From a virus (taxonomy: Duplodnaviria; Caudoviricetes), in IMG/VR virus record IMGVR_UViG_3300036803_000021, positions 1 to 43,827 of that record: DNA of 43,827 nt. The stretch is one strand, 5' to 3'. Below, piece after piece: positions 25,370 to 33,461 of the stretch. A program made the position numbers and the translations under genes. The stretch's first letter is position 1. Every line of letters starts with the position of its first letter. The notes below the pieces were generated by a model. That model was not told the DNA's origin. It made no database searches and saw only the letters and a program-made list of their open reading frames with translations.

Positions 25370-26686
25370 CTAGTTCTCTTCGTTGTTTTCAGCGGGGGCG
25401 GTTGCCTCCGCTTGTGCTGCGTCCCAAATGATCTCGGCGAGATCGTCCACGATGGTTTTCGCGTCCGAGTAGCCTTTGAGTTTCGCAACGATCTTGTTGA
25501 GATCTCGTGTCGTGAGATCATTAGTGGAGTTGATGTCGGCGCGGTCTGCGAGTTTCCGGAAGATGATCAGCCGGTCGGTGCGGGCCCGGATGCCGCCCTC
25601 CCCGAGGAGCGCGAACATCTGCTTTACCTTCGTCTCGTTGAGGCCAGCAGGCACCTCCTCGTCCACAGGGGCGGTCTCCGGCGCGGTCTCCGGCGCAACT
25701 GCCTCGGGGGTCTCCGCTGCAGCCGGAGGTGGCTCCACAGGCTGTGCCGGAGCCTCGGCTGGCTCCTCCTCGGCTAGCTGCTCTGTAGATACCCGCGATT
25801 CGACCGGCTCCGGCGTGGGGGCCGGTGCCTGCGCGGCCTCTGGTGCCGGTTCGTCAGAGAGGATCTCCTCGACGGTGATCGGTGCCGGGCCGGGCGTTTT
25901 CTGCCGAACCGGGCGACCCTCCGAGATCACGTTGCCATCCTCGTCGAGCACCATCGGCTGAGCAGCATCCTCCAGGATTAGGCCGGATAGGTCGTCCGGG
26001 TAGGCCCGCCGATAGGCAAGGGACTCTGCGCATTTCGCGATCTGATTACGAGGCATCTTGGCCCACATAGTGTTTGGCTCACCGTTGTAGTTCGTTTGCA
26101 CGAACTCGGCGAAGTGTGCGATGCCTTCGAACTCCTCTCCGTTGCGGATGACGAGGAACCGGGCAGCCCAGGGGGCCGACTTGTGGGGCCACACTTTCCG
26201 CCAGTGCTGGATCACCTCACCGTCTTCGGTGATGTGGAAGTCATCCTCAGCGGTGTACCAGGGGCCTTCTAGCCGGAGCGTGTCCCCGAGGGCCTTCGCC
26301 GTCTCCCGGACGTTGCGCCGGTAGCCGTCGATCCCGACCTGGATCGTGTACTTGGTGACCCACCGATCAACCTTGCGGCGACCGTTCTGAGCGCGGTCGT
26401 CATCGACCCACTCGGAGACTTTTGTGTTGCGGCCGATCATGTAGATCTGCTTCCGGAACGGGTCCAAACCTGTTGTCCGGCAGACATGGAAGAACAGGTC
26501 GAGGTCACCGTCAGTAGCATCCTCGATGCCGAGCTGCCGGAGGATCGCCTTCTGGTTGTCGTCGAATCGTTGCTGCTCCGGCCTGATGACGGCTAGCGAT
26601 GCCGATTCGGCGTGCTCGGCTGCCTTCTCCGCGTCGTCTACGAGGTCCGGCCCCGCGGTCGCTTCTGCTGCAGTTGTTTCAGTCAT
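25370..26686 (-). CDS. bet: RecT/Bet-family single-strand annealing protein
   Basis: FFHVCRTTGLDPFRKQIY, IQVGIDGYR and WAKMPRNQIAKCAESLAYRRAYP motifs. Confidence 0.92.
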   Translation of the reverse strand: MTETTAAEATAGPDLVDDAEKAAEHAESASLAVIRPEQQRFDDNQKAILRQLGIEDATDGDLDLFFHVCRTTGLDPFRKQIYMIGRNTKVSEWVDDDRAQNGRRKVDRWVTKYTIQVGIDGYRRNVRETAKALGDTLRLEGPWYTAEDDFHITEDGEVIQHWRKVWPHKSAPWAARFLVIRNGEEFEGIAHFAEFVQTNYNGEPNTMWAKMPRNQIAKCAESLAYRRAYPDDLSGLILEDAAQPMVLDEDGNVISEGRPVRQKTPGPAPITVEEILSDEPAPEAAQAPAPTPEPVESRVSTEQLAEEEPAEAPAQPVEPPPAAAETPEAVAPETAPETAPVDEEVPAGLNETKVKQMFALLGEGGIRARTDRLIIFRKLADRADINSTNDLTTRDLNKIVAKLKGYSDAKTIVDDLAEIIWDAAQAEATAPAENNEEN

Positions 26687-26691
26687 TCGTT

Positions 26692-27786
26692 CTATCTCTC
26701 TGTGAGGGTTGATAATTCGTCATCGAGGGTCGCCTCGATACGTTTCACCGCATAGCCCGGCAGCCGCACGGTAGTAAGGCCGTCACCGTAGCCCGGCCAT
26801 TCCTTCTTGATGACACAATCCGCGTAGGTCTCGATGGCCCTACGCATTTGGCGTCGCCCGAGTTCGACGTGCTCCGGTTCGAGCTGAAACACGTTGACCA
26901 GATAGGGCGGTTTCTTCTCCTGCACGATGAACACGAACCCGGCATCGTCGGAGATCTCAGTCTGCCGGAGACCTTCCCGGTACCACGCATCCTGAATGTG
27001 GTACCCGTAGTTGATGCACGCCCTCTCGAATGCTGCCGGAGATGCATCGTCGGCGGTCTTGTAGTCGACGCAGATCATCCGGCCCGGACGGTCCGGGAGC
27101 CAGTCAGGCCGGAACCGGCACCGGATACCAGTGTCGTCGTCATGCCAGTAGCCGGACACCTCAGGCGTGCCCTGCAGGAACAGCTTCGACGCGAGCGGAT
27201 GCGCAAACACCTGCCCGGCCATCTGCTGCGCCTTCTGGATCTCCGACTTAGGCAACGGGATCTTGCCCTCGTTCCGGGCCTTCTGAGCCGCCGCGATCCA
27301 CTTCCCACACGAAGCCGGTTTCGACGAAAGGTTGCCCTTCGCGTCGACACCATGGATCTTCGGGTCGAGCACGAACAGCTGACCTCCCTCCCCGAGCACC
27401 ATTTTGTGAGCCGCATGCCCAAAGTCGTAGATACGCTTCACCTCTGGCACTGAGAGTTGATTCTCCCGGAAGTGAGCCGGAGTGCTCGGCGGCAGCAGCA
27501 GCCGGGCACCGGACGACGATAGCGAGTTCGGGTCGGCGTGATAGATCGTGTCAGCGATCTTGCCGTACAGACCGTCGTTCGCTGGGATGCCGGGGAGGAC
27601 CTCAGTGACGACCGGAGTCGACACCACAAGGTGACCGTGCTCGACGCACTCCCGGTGGGCAATGCAGCCGATGCACATCCAGTGGCGGCAGGTCCCGCAG
27701 TACCGGGGAACCTCCCCCGGCTGCTGCCGGGAGTACCGGGCTGCATACCCGCAGTTCTCACACTTCTCCGGGGGCCGAGTCTTCAC
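26692..27786 (-). CDS. recE: RecE/exonuclease VIII-like PD-(D/E)XK nuclease with N-terminal Zn-finger extension
   Basis: YHAD..LSSSGAR, FGHAAH, CRFRPDW..VDYKT and YGYHIQDAWY motifs. GTG at 27786 with AGGAGG RBS. Confidence 0.92.
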   Translation of the reverse strand: MKTRPPEKCENCGYAARYSRQQPGEVPRYCGTCRHWMCIGCIAHRECVEHGHLVVSTPVVTEVLPGIPANDGLYGKIADTIYHADPNSLSSSGARLLLPPSTPAHFRENQLSVPEVKRIYDFGHAAHKMVLGEGGQLFVLDPKIHGVDAKGNLSSKPASCGKWIAAAQKARNEGKIPLPKSEIQKAQQMAGQVFAHPLASKLFLQGTPEVSGYWHDDDTGIRCRFRPDWLPDRPGRMICVDYKTADDASPAAFERACINYGYHIQDAWYREGLRQTEISDDAGFVFIVQEKKPPYLVNVFQLEPEHVELGRRQMRRAIETYADCVIKKEWPGYGDGLTTVRLPGYAVKRIEATLDDELSTLTER

Positions 27787-27953
27787 GAGACCTCCTGACG
27801 AACAGGCTTGCGGGAGAGCGTGATCCGGTACGGTTCCCCCGACGCGAGGCACGGGTTGTGCGCGCTGTCCCAGTGCCCCTCGATGCAATCGCGCTTCGTC
27901 CGGCCCACCGACCGCCAGCACACCGGACACAGTTTCTTGCGCGGAGCGGTCAC
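27783..27953 (-). CDS. Small Zn-finger-like protein
   Basis: CPVC..V.......I..H.D.....C..SG; GTGA overlaps. Confidence 0.65.
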   Translation of the reverse strand: MTAPRKKLCPVCWRSVGRTKRDCIEGHWDSAHNPCLASGEPYRITLSRKPVRQEVS

Positions 27954-28054
27954 CGCGATTCCCGGATCTCTGCGAGCCACCAGTCGATGAGGGCCAGCTC
28001 GCGCATCCTGCCGAACCGGCGTGCCCGGATCCGCAGCTTGAGCCGGGCGATCAT
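27950..28054 (-). CDS. 34-aa basic micro-protein
   Basis: MIARLKLRIRARRFGRMRELALIDWWLAEIRESR exactly fills the gap, with 4-bp overlaps on both sides. Confidence 0.55.
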   Translation of the reverse strand: MIARLKLRIRARRFGRMRELALIDWWLAEIRESR

Positions 28055-28638
28055 CCGAGGTGCCCCGGCTCGTTGCCGAGCACATTGTCAGGGAACACGA
28101 CGTAGCTGGTGTCCTCGATGGTGACCTGATTCACCCAGCCTGCCGGGCTGAAACTGCAGTCCGACGAGTAGCCGCTGCTGTAGCAGTGACTCGTCGCGTT
28201 CTGGTAGTGAGCCGGGACGGCGATGACACGCTCACGCTCCCAGGATCCGTCTGGGCGGATAGGGCCGTCGCAGATCAGGCGTTGCTGCGATCCGAGGAAC
28301 CCCCAGGGGATCTGTTCGCAGCCGGGGGGTGCCGCGTGGCTGGGCGTGGCCGACCAGATCGCGACGAGGATCAGCAGCAGCGGGCACAGCGCCCACACCC
28401 ACCACGGGGTGAGCCGTTTCCACAGGCTCTGAGGGGCTCTCTCGTCGACGACGAGGGGGGCCGAGGGTAAACAGCCGATGCCCTGCCCGCCGTGCCGGTA
28501 CGCGTCGAGCAGGGCAGGCGAGCGCAGCGCCCGGAGAGGCCCGTCCCAACCGCACGAGCACGATGCTCGGTTTCTGCCGACTCCGGATACGAACACTGCT
28601 GTCACGTTGCCGGTGGGTATGATCTGTGATGCTGACAC
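28051..28638 (-). CDS. Membrane-anchored/secreted CDGP-domain protein with N-terminal CSCGW motif
   Basis: CSCGW...H cytoplasmic part, TM/signal segment ending SHA-APP, then GCEQIPWGFLG..R.ICDGPIRPDGSWERER. Confidence 0.75.
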   Translation of the reverse strand: MSASQIIPTGNVTAVFVSGVGRNRASCSCGWDGPLRALRSPALLDAYRHGGQGIGCLPSAPLVVDERAPQSLWKRLTPWWVWALCPLLLILVAIWSATPSHAAPPGCEQIPWGFLGSQQRLICDGPIRPDGSWERERVIAVPAHYQNATSHCYSSGYSSDCSFSPAGWVNQVTIEDTSYVVFPDNVLGNEPGHLG

Positions 28639-28719
28639 TAGGGTCCTTGCCTCTCTGGTTGTCGCGCGGCGTCGCTGCCCGTTCTGTGAGGGTCCGGGTA
28701 GCGGCGCCGTTTGGTTTTC

Positions 28720-29130
28720 TTACGACGCGATTGCGCCGGAAGTCTCTGTGACTCCGGACATCACGTCACGGAGGTGCAGCGCCCACGACTTGGCGTCACG
28801 CTCAACGCCGGGGCTGCAGATACACCCGATCACCGTGTCGGCCAGCGACAGATCCATCGTGATCGAGTGGTGCTGCGCTATAAGGTCCGGCAGCTCGTCG
28901 AGCCGGGCCAGCGCTGCGAAGTATCCGGACGAGCCGGGTCTCTCCGGCATATTTAGCTCGGCGCGTTTAGCAAGCCAGGAGTCAACGTCCTTGGCGCGTA
29001 GCAGATATGGCGCGGTCGCGCCGGGCAGCTTCTCAGCTTTCAGCTGCCCCGTCTTGATGGCGTGGTGGATCGTCTTCACTGAGATCTGGTGCAAGGCGGC
29101 AACAGCGGAGACGGAGAGGGTCTGCGACAT
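28720..29130 (-). CDS. Excisionase-like (HTH_17/MerR-type) DNA-binding protein
   Basis: LSVSAVAALHQISVKTIHHAIKTGQLKAEKL...YLL...DVDSW. Confidence 0.85.
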   Translation of the reverse strand: MSQTLSVSAVAALHQISVKTIHHAIKTGQLKAEKLPGATAPYLLRAKDVDSWLAKRAELNMPERPGSSGYFAALARLDELPDLIAQHHSITMDLSLADTVIGCICSPGVERDAKSWALHLRDVMSGVTETSGAIAS

Positions 29131-29136
29131 GCTGCA

Positions 29137-29165
29137 AAGCTAGCCCCTTGTAGAGAGATCTGCAA
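29137..29165 (-). promoter_or_regulatory. SigA-type promoter TTGCAG-N17-TAGCTT, leaderless, heading the early operon
   Basis: -10 lies 6 nt upstream of ATG 29130, just downstream of the late terminator. Confidence 0.7.
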
Positions 29166-29204
29166 TCACTTCGGGCTCGCGAGTCGCCTACCTGCAGTGG
29201 GGTC

Positions 29205-29242
29205 GAACGAAAGGTGCCCCCGACCGTAGCCGGGGGCACCTT
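29205..29242 (-). terminator. Intrinsic terminator ending the late/lysis operon
   Basis: AAGGTGCCCCCG-N8-CGGGGGCACCTT 12-bp stem, followed on the minus strand by TCGTTCG. Confidence 0.8.
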
Positions 29243-29256
29243 CGCCTGGTTTCGGA

Positions 29257-29745
29257 TTACAGGCCTGTGGTCGACGACGGGTCCGTCGCAGACGGATCCG
29301 GGGCCGGGACCGAAGGGTCTGCCGGAACGGACGGATCAACGGGAGCCGGGGCTGACGGATCAACCGGGGCGGGCACGGACGGATCCGGGGTCGCAGGCGG
29401 CGTCGCGCTTCCGTCTGTGGTGCCGGGATCTGGGACCGGCACGGCTGGAGCATTTGTCGGAATGCGGGGGCCGACCGCCTTGAGCTTCGTCAACGCATCC
29501 TGCACGCCGGACTCATCGGCCGGCGACAGCGGCGTCTCCGAGTCGAGGACGCCCTGCAGCGTATCTGCGGCCTGCGAAATGGTGGTGGCGACAGCGTCGA
29601 GGTCGCCTTGTTCGATTGCTACGAGTGCCACGATGTAATCCTGCTTTCCTTCGATTCGGGTGAGGGTCCAGGCCATATCGCCCAGTCGCTCGTTGATGCG
29701 GTGCAGAGCAGCCTCGATGTCATCATCGCCGATGCTGATATGCAT
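29257..29745 (-). CDS. Coiled-coil protein with Pro-rich DPS(V/A)PAP repeat tail
   Basis: ATG at 29745; helical N-terminus, then about six DPSxPAP-like units. Confidence 0.7.
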   Translation of the reverse strand: MHISIGDDDIEAALHRINERLGDMAWTLTRIEGKQDYIVALVAIEQGDLDAVATTISQAADTLQGVLDSETPLSPADESGVQDALTKLKAVGPRIPTNAPAVPVPDPGTTDGSATPPATPDPSVPAPVDPSAPAPVDPSVPADPSVPAPDPSATDPSSTTGL

Positions 29746-29794
29746 TGCCACAAGGCCGGATCTTACGCGCCTGTCAAGACATCTCTGTGGAGTG

Positions 29795-30046
29795 TCATAG
29801 GCCGAGTCCCCCGAGGAGTCCGCCGAGGAGCCCGCCCCCAGCGCCGCCGTGCCCCTGCGGCAGCGGCGTGTGGTGGATGGGCAACGGCGGGCAGTCCGCG
29901 AGGGAGGTGGCGATGTACCCGCCCGGACACGACACGTAGTGGGGGGCCGGATCTGCTCGGGCATCCGGGGATGCGGCGAGGAGACCGGCCACCACTGTTG
30001 CGCTAGCTGCCGCAGTCAGGATCAGGTAGCGGGGGACGCGAGGCAT
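29795..30046 (-). CDS. Small secreted protein (signal peptide, two Cys, Gly/Leu tail)
   Basis: MPRVPRYLILTAAASATVVAGLLAASPDARA-DPAPHYVSCPGGYIATSLADCP. Confidence 0.55.
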   Translation of the reverse strand: MPRVPRYLILTAAASATVVAGLLAASPDARADPAPHYVSCPGGYIATSLADCPPLPIHHTPLPQGHGGAGGGLLGGLLGGLGL

Positions 30047-30581
30047 CGGTGGCCGCCTGTTCCTTCTGGAGCTGTTCAATGTGGTTGAAATACTCGGACG
30101 TGACGTCGATTGCCCACCGCTGCCGGACCGGATCATCACCGGGGAGCCGGGCAATGTCTGCTGGCGGGTCGAGCAGGGTTCGCAGCCAGTTAGCGAGGGC
30201 GTTGCGCTGCTCCTGCGACTGCCCGTTGTACTCGGTGGTGATTGCCCTCCCGGCGTTGATCGCCACGATGAGCACCTTTTGACAATGCCGTGTCTCGGCG
30301 GCGAAAGCCTTGGCATCCTCGGCAACCTTCGTCACGTTCGCCGCGTTGCTGTTTGTCGTGATCACCGACCACGTGAGGAAACTGACCGCGATCAGCCCGG
30401 ATAGCCAGCGCGGGTCGATCTGCACCGCCTGCCACTTGGATCGTTTCCTACCATCCGGCAACGGCTTTCGCCGGTCAAGCCAGCACACCTTGACGACCTC
30501 CCAGAGCCGGGATAGCAGGAACCCGGCCAGCAAACCAATCCCGAACGACCACGAAACGAGATGTGAGAGTACATCGATCAC
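30003..30581 (-). CDS. Membrane protein in the lysis cassette
   Basis: Two hydrophobic segments followed by a coiled-coil with Cys near both ends. Confidence 0.75.
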   Translation of the reverse strand: MIDVLSHLVSWSFGIGLLAGFLLSRLWEVVKVCWLDRRKPLPDGRKRSKWQAVQIDPRWLSGLIAVSFLTWSVITTNSNAANVTKVAEDAKAFAAETRHCQKVLIVAINAGRAITTEYNGQSQEQRNALANWLRTLLDPPADIARLPGDDPVRQRWAIDVTSEYFNHIEQLQKEQAATDASRPPLPDPDCGS

Positions 30582-30901
30582 TTGTCATCACCATCCCCCT
30601 GGTGAAGCGACGGCTCGGTCTCGCGCTGCTCTGAGCGGTCGGCCCTAGCGATGGCGTCGTCAGCTTTCGTCTCAGCACGCACGGCGGTCTGCTCGATGTC
30701 CTTGGAACGTTTCTTCTTGTCGCCGGAGACCGCGCCGAACAGTGCGCCTCCGGCCACGCCGACGAGTGTGACCATCCCCTGGGGGGCCGTCCCGACCGCC
30801 TCCCACACGATATAGACGATCACGACGAGGGAGGCCATCACCGTCGCAATGCTGGTATCTGATGCCCAGCTGCGGTGGCGTGGACCTTGCCACGGTGCCA
30901 C
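30578..30901 (-). CDS. Two-TM membrane protein (lysis accessory/holin-like)
   Basis: Two TM helices plus a charged C-terminus; follows the holin. Confidence 0.7.
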   Translation of the reverse strand: MAPWQGPRHRSWASDTSIATVMASLVVIVYIVWEAVGTAPQGMVTLVGVAGGALFGAVSGDKKKRSKDIEQTAVRAETKADDAIARADRSEQRETEPSLHQGDGDDK

Positions 30902-31140
30902 TAGCTCGTAGTTAGCTTCACGCTGGACGCTGTGCCGGGGTCTCCCAGCGGCGTATGAGCAACGATGGTCGACTTAAGTGTGGAGAACACCGTCGCTACA
31001 GCAGCAACGTCAAGGGAGGCAACCCAGTTGATGTCCTCGAAATGTGCGCCGACCTGATACCCGGCAGCACCGATGAACGATGCCACAAACGTCCACCCGG
31101 CGCGTTCCGCCGTGTCCTTCACCCACACTGGCACTTGCAT
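30901..31140 (-). CDS. Holin (r1t-like)
   Basis: MQVPVWVKDTAERAGWTFV...INWVASL..AA.AT..S.LKS...GDPGTAS; AAAGGAG RBS. Confidence 0.85.
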   Translation of the reverse strand: MQVPVWVKDTAERAGWTFVASFIGAAGYQVGAHFEDINWVASLDVAAVATVFSTLKSTIVAHTPLGDPGTASSVKLTTS

Positions 31141-31172
31141 GTCGGTCAATCTCCTTTGCGTCGGTGCAACTT

Positions 31173-32405
31173 TCAGCGCCGGAACCCGGCGATGACTTGG
31201 AATGCCCGGTCCATCATGGCGGGGTCGAACTCGTACCCGCCGTGTGCCTGCAGCCCCGGCAGGGCAGCAACAAGGCCGATCATGTCGGGGATGCTGGACA
31301 GTACGCCGGTCGGGGTGAGCAGGTTGTACAGGTCGTTGTCGACCTTCTGGTCTCCCGGCCCTCCGGCTAGGCCCATCATCTGCCCAAACAGCGGGTTGCC
31401 GGTGAGGCCGGTCGCGCTGCCGATGGCCAGTTGCGCTAGCCCGCCGAACGCGCCGCCACCGGCAGGACTCCCGAGGAGACCGCCAAGCCCCCCGAGGAGG
31501 GGCCCGACGACAGGAGCGCCGAGCGTCAGCCAGTCCGGGATGATCCGCACTGCTAGCCGGAGCACATGCACAAAGAATGGCAATTCCATCTGAGCCTCGA
31601 CGATGATGCCGAACATTGCCCTCCGGATCTTGTCCGGCGCGACAGCATAGAAGTCGTTGGGGTAGTTGATCTCTGAGCACAGAAGCTCCAACCACAGCGG
31701 GTACGACAGGCCAGAAATCCCCGTCTTAGGTGTGCCCGGATCTCCGAACAGCACCAGCCCGTTGATGCGGTCGCGGAGCACCTCGAACGGTCCCCCGTCG
31801 CCGAACAGCCGCAGGATCGCACGCCGCATCCCGTCCGCTGACTGCGAGTAGGCGAAGAACCAAAGTTCAACGGCCACTGCAGCATTGCGGTTCAACCGGC
31901 GCGCGGCTATCGCTTGCACCACGTCAGGGTTGAGCCAGAGGAGTCGCTCGAGTTCCCGGTCCTCGAACCCGATAATGTCGTTGTAGCTGTACCGGGGATC
32001 GCCGCCCATGACTCCGAGGTAACCGCCGATGGGGTACCCGACCCACTGGTGATGAATGTTCAGTTCCCGCTTACAGCGTTCCCCGAGCTGGAAGGGTGGG
32101 CCCACGTCGCCGGGAGCGCCGGAGCCGGGAGCCGAGTACGCCCAGATCGGGCGAACCTGCTGCACTGCAGGGGGTGTCGTGGTGCCGGTCCAGCGGTAAC
32201 CAGTCCTGGCTGCCTCCGCGTCACCGAAAGCGCCGGTAATCGGAACCCCGAGGCGGCGTTGCAATTCACGGGTGAATGCGGCTTCGTCCTTGCCGTAGTA
32301 CAGGTCTCGCCGCCCGAGTAGGAACGCATAGCCGGATGCCCACTTCGTGAAGTAGTCGAAGAACCGTCCGACCTCCGGGCCGCTAGACCCAAGCTTGAGT
32401 ATCAC
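31173..32405 (-). CDS. lysB: Lysin B (mycolylarabinogalactan esterase, cutinase-like)
   Basis: N-terminal PG-binding-like segment, nucleophile elbow AYSQSA, LFGDP, DFYA and late AH.Y; follows lysin A. Confidence 0.88.
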   Translation of the reverse strand: MILKLGSSGPEVGRFFDYFTKWASGYAFLLGRRDLYYGKDEAAFTRELQRRLGVPITGAFGDAEAARTGYRWTGTTTPPAVQQVRPIWAYSAPGSGAPGDVGPPFQLGERCKRELNIHHQWVGYPIGGYLGVMGGDPRYSYNDIIGFEDRELERLLWLNPDVVQAIAARRLNRNAAVAVELWFFAYSQSADGMRRAILRLFGDGGPFEVLRDRINGLVLFGDPGTPKTGISGLSYPLWLELLCSEINYPNDFYAVAPDKIRRAMFGIIVEAQMELPFFVHVLRLAVRIIPDWLTLGAPVVGPLLGGLGGLLGSPAGGGAFGGLAQLAIGSATGLTGNPLFGQMMGLAGGPGDQKVDNDLYNLLTPTGVLSSIPDMIGLVAALPGLQAHGGYEFDPAMMDRAFQVIAGFRR

Positions 32406-33364
32406 TCGACCACCACGCCCTCTTTGTCCTTGTCACTGGTGCCGAGGAGGTGATCCCTAATCTCGGCTACGGCCTCGACAAGCGTCTGACCACCCAGCTT
32501 GAGGAACCGCATATTGAGCTGGTCGTTAGCGGGCCCGACTATGACCGGCTTGGGCGTGGGGGCCGGTGCGGGGCCTGCTCCGGGCAGCCTCCACCCGTCC
32601 CGGATGACGACGTTCCATTCGCCTTCGTAGACGCCGCCGAAACCGCCGTTAACTTTGATGTCAGGGTTCGGTGGCCAGCCTTTCTGCTTCTGCAGGACGG
32701 TCGCGGCGTTCATCGTCGCCGCATCCCACTTCTTGGTGACCGGAATGCCGAGGGAGGCTTGCCATCTGCCGAGCCCGTCGAGCCACGACTGATCTTCGTT
32801 GGCCTGCCCGGAGATACTCTGATCCGGCGCGTCGAGCGGCCCCCAGTAGTAGCCGGAGGGCAGGGGGAATGCGTTCGGGTCGACCGGCCCCTGCCGGAAC
32901 GTCGACACCCCGTTGCTTTGGATCTTCCGCCTGATGAAGTCGTTGCACTTCGCCTGATTGTTGAAGGTGCCATACCCCATCTGGAAGTGCATCGAGTCCT
33001 TCGGAGAGGTCCAGTCGTTGCCCCAGAAGATCATGCCCTCGAAGAACGCCAACATTTCACGGACCGTTGCGATTTGGTCTGCAGAGTAGCCCGCATATGC
33101 ATTCCCCATCGGGTGGTCCTCCCACCGAAGATCCATCGCGGTGCCCCCGAGATGGTTCGAGGTGGCGACTGAGTTGGTGGGAGTCCAGCCCCCCGTGTCG
33201 GCCTGCCGGAGCGGCTGCACGTTCACGTTGAACGCGGCAGCGAACGCCTTCATGATTGTGTTGGGGATGCCGGACTGCAGCGGAATGCTGACGTTCGTGC
33301 CGGGGATCGGATTGCTTGTGCAGCCGTCGATGCCGCATGACGGCCACCCATTTTCGGTGATCAT
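32402..33364 (-). CDS. lysA: Lysin A (M15 peptidase + cell-wall binding domain)
   Basis: ENGWP start, SNHLGGTAMDL, WGNDW...DSMHFQ and C-terminal GGQTLVEAVAEI. Confidence 0.93.
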   Translation of the reverse strand: MITENGWPSCGIDGCTSNPIPGTNVSIPLQSGIPNTIMKAFAAAFNVNVQPLRQADTGGWTPTNSVATSNHLGGTAMDLRWEDHPMGNAYAGYSADQIATVREMLAFFEGMIFWGNDWTSPKDSMHFQMGYGTFNNQAKCNDFIRRKIQSNGVSTFRQGPVDPNAFPLPSGYYWGPLDAPDQSISGQANEDQSWLDGLGRWQASLGIPVTKKWDAATMNAATVLQKQKGWPPNPDIKVNGGFGGVYEGEWNVVIRDGWRLPGAGPAPAPTPKPVIVGPANDQLNMRFLKLGGQTLVEAVAEIRDHLLGTSDKDKEGVVVE

Positions 33365-33461
33365 TCTTGCCTCTCTGGGTCGAGGGTCGGGCAAACGCGT
33401 TCGGCCCCAACGGTAGGCCCGTTCCCTGAGATCCGGTAGAACGACACCGCCCAATTAACGC

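Noticed and set aside
29270-29400. Short repeated GACGGATC units resembling a CRISPR or iteron array
   Set aside because: They encode the DPSxPAP peptide repeats of ORF 29257-29745; there are no constant repeats with unique spacers and no cas genes.
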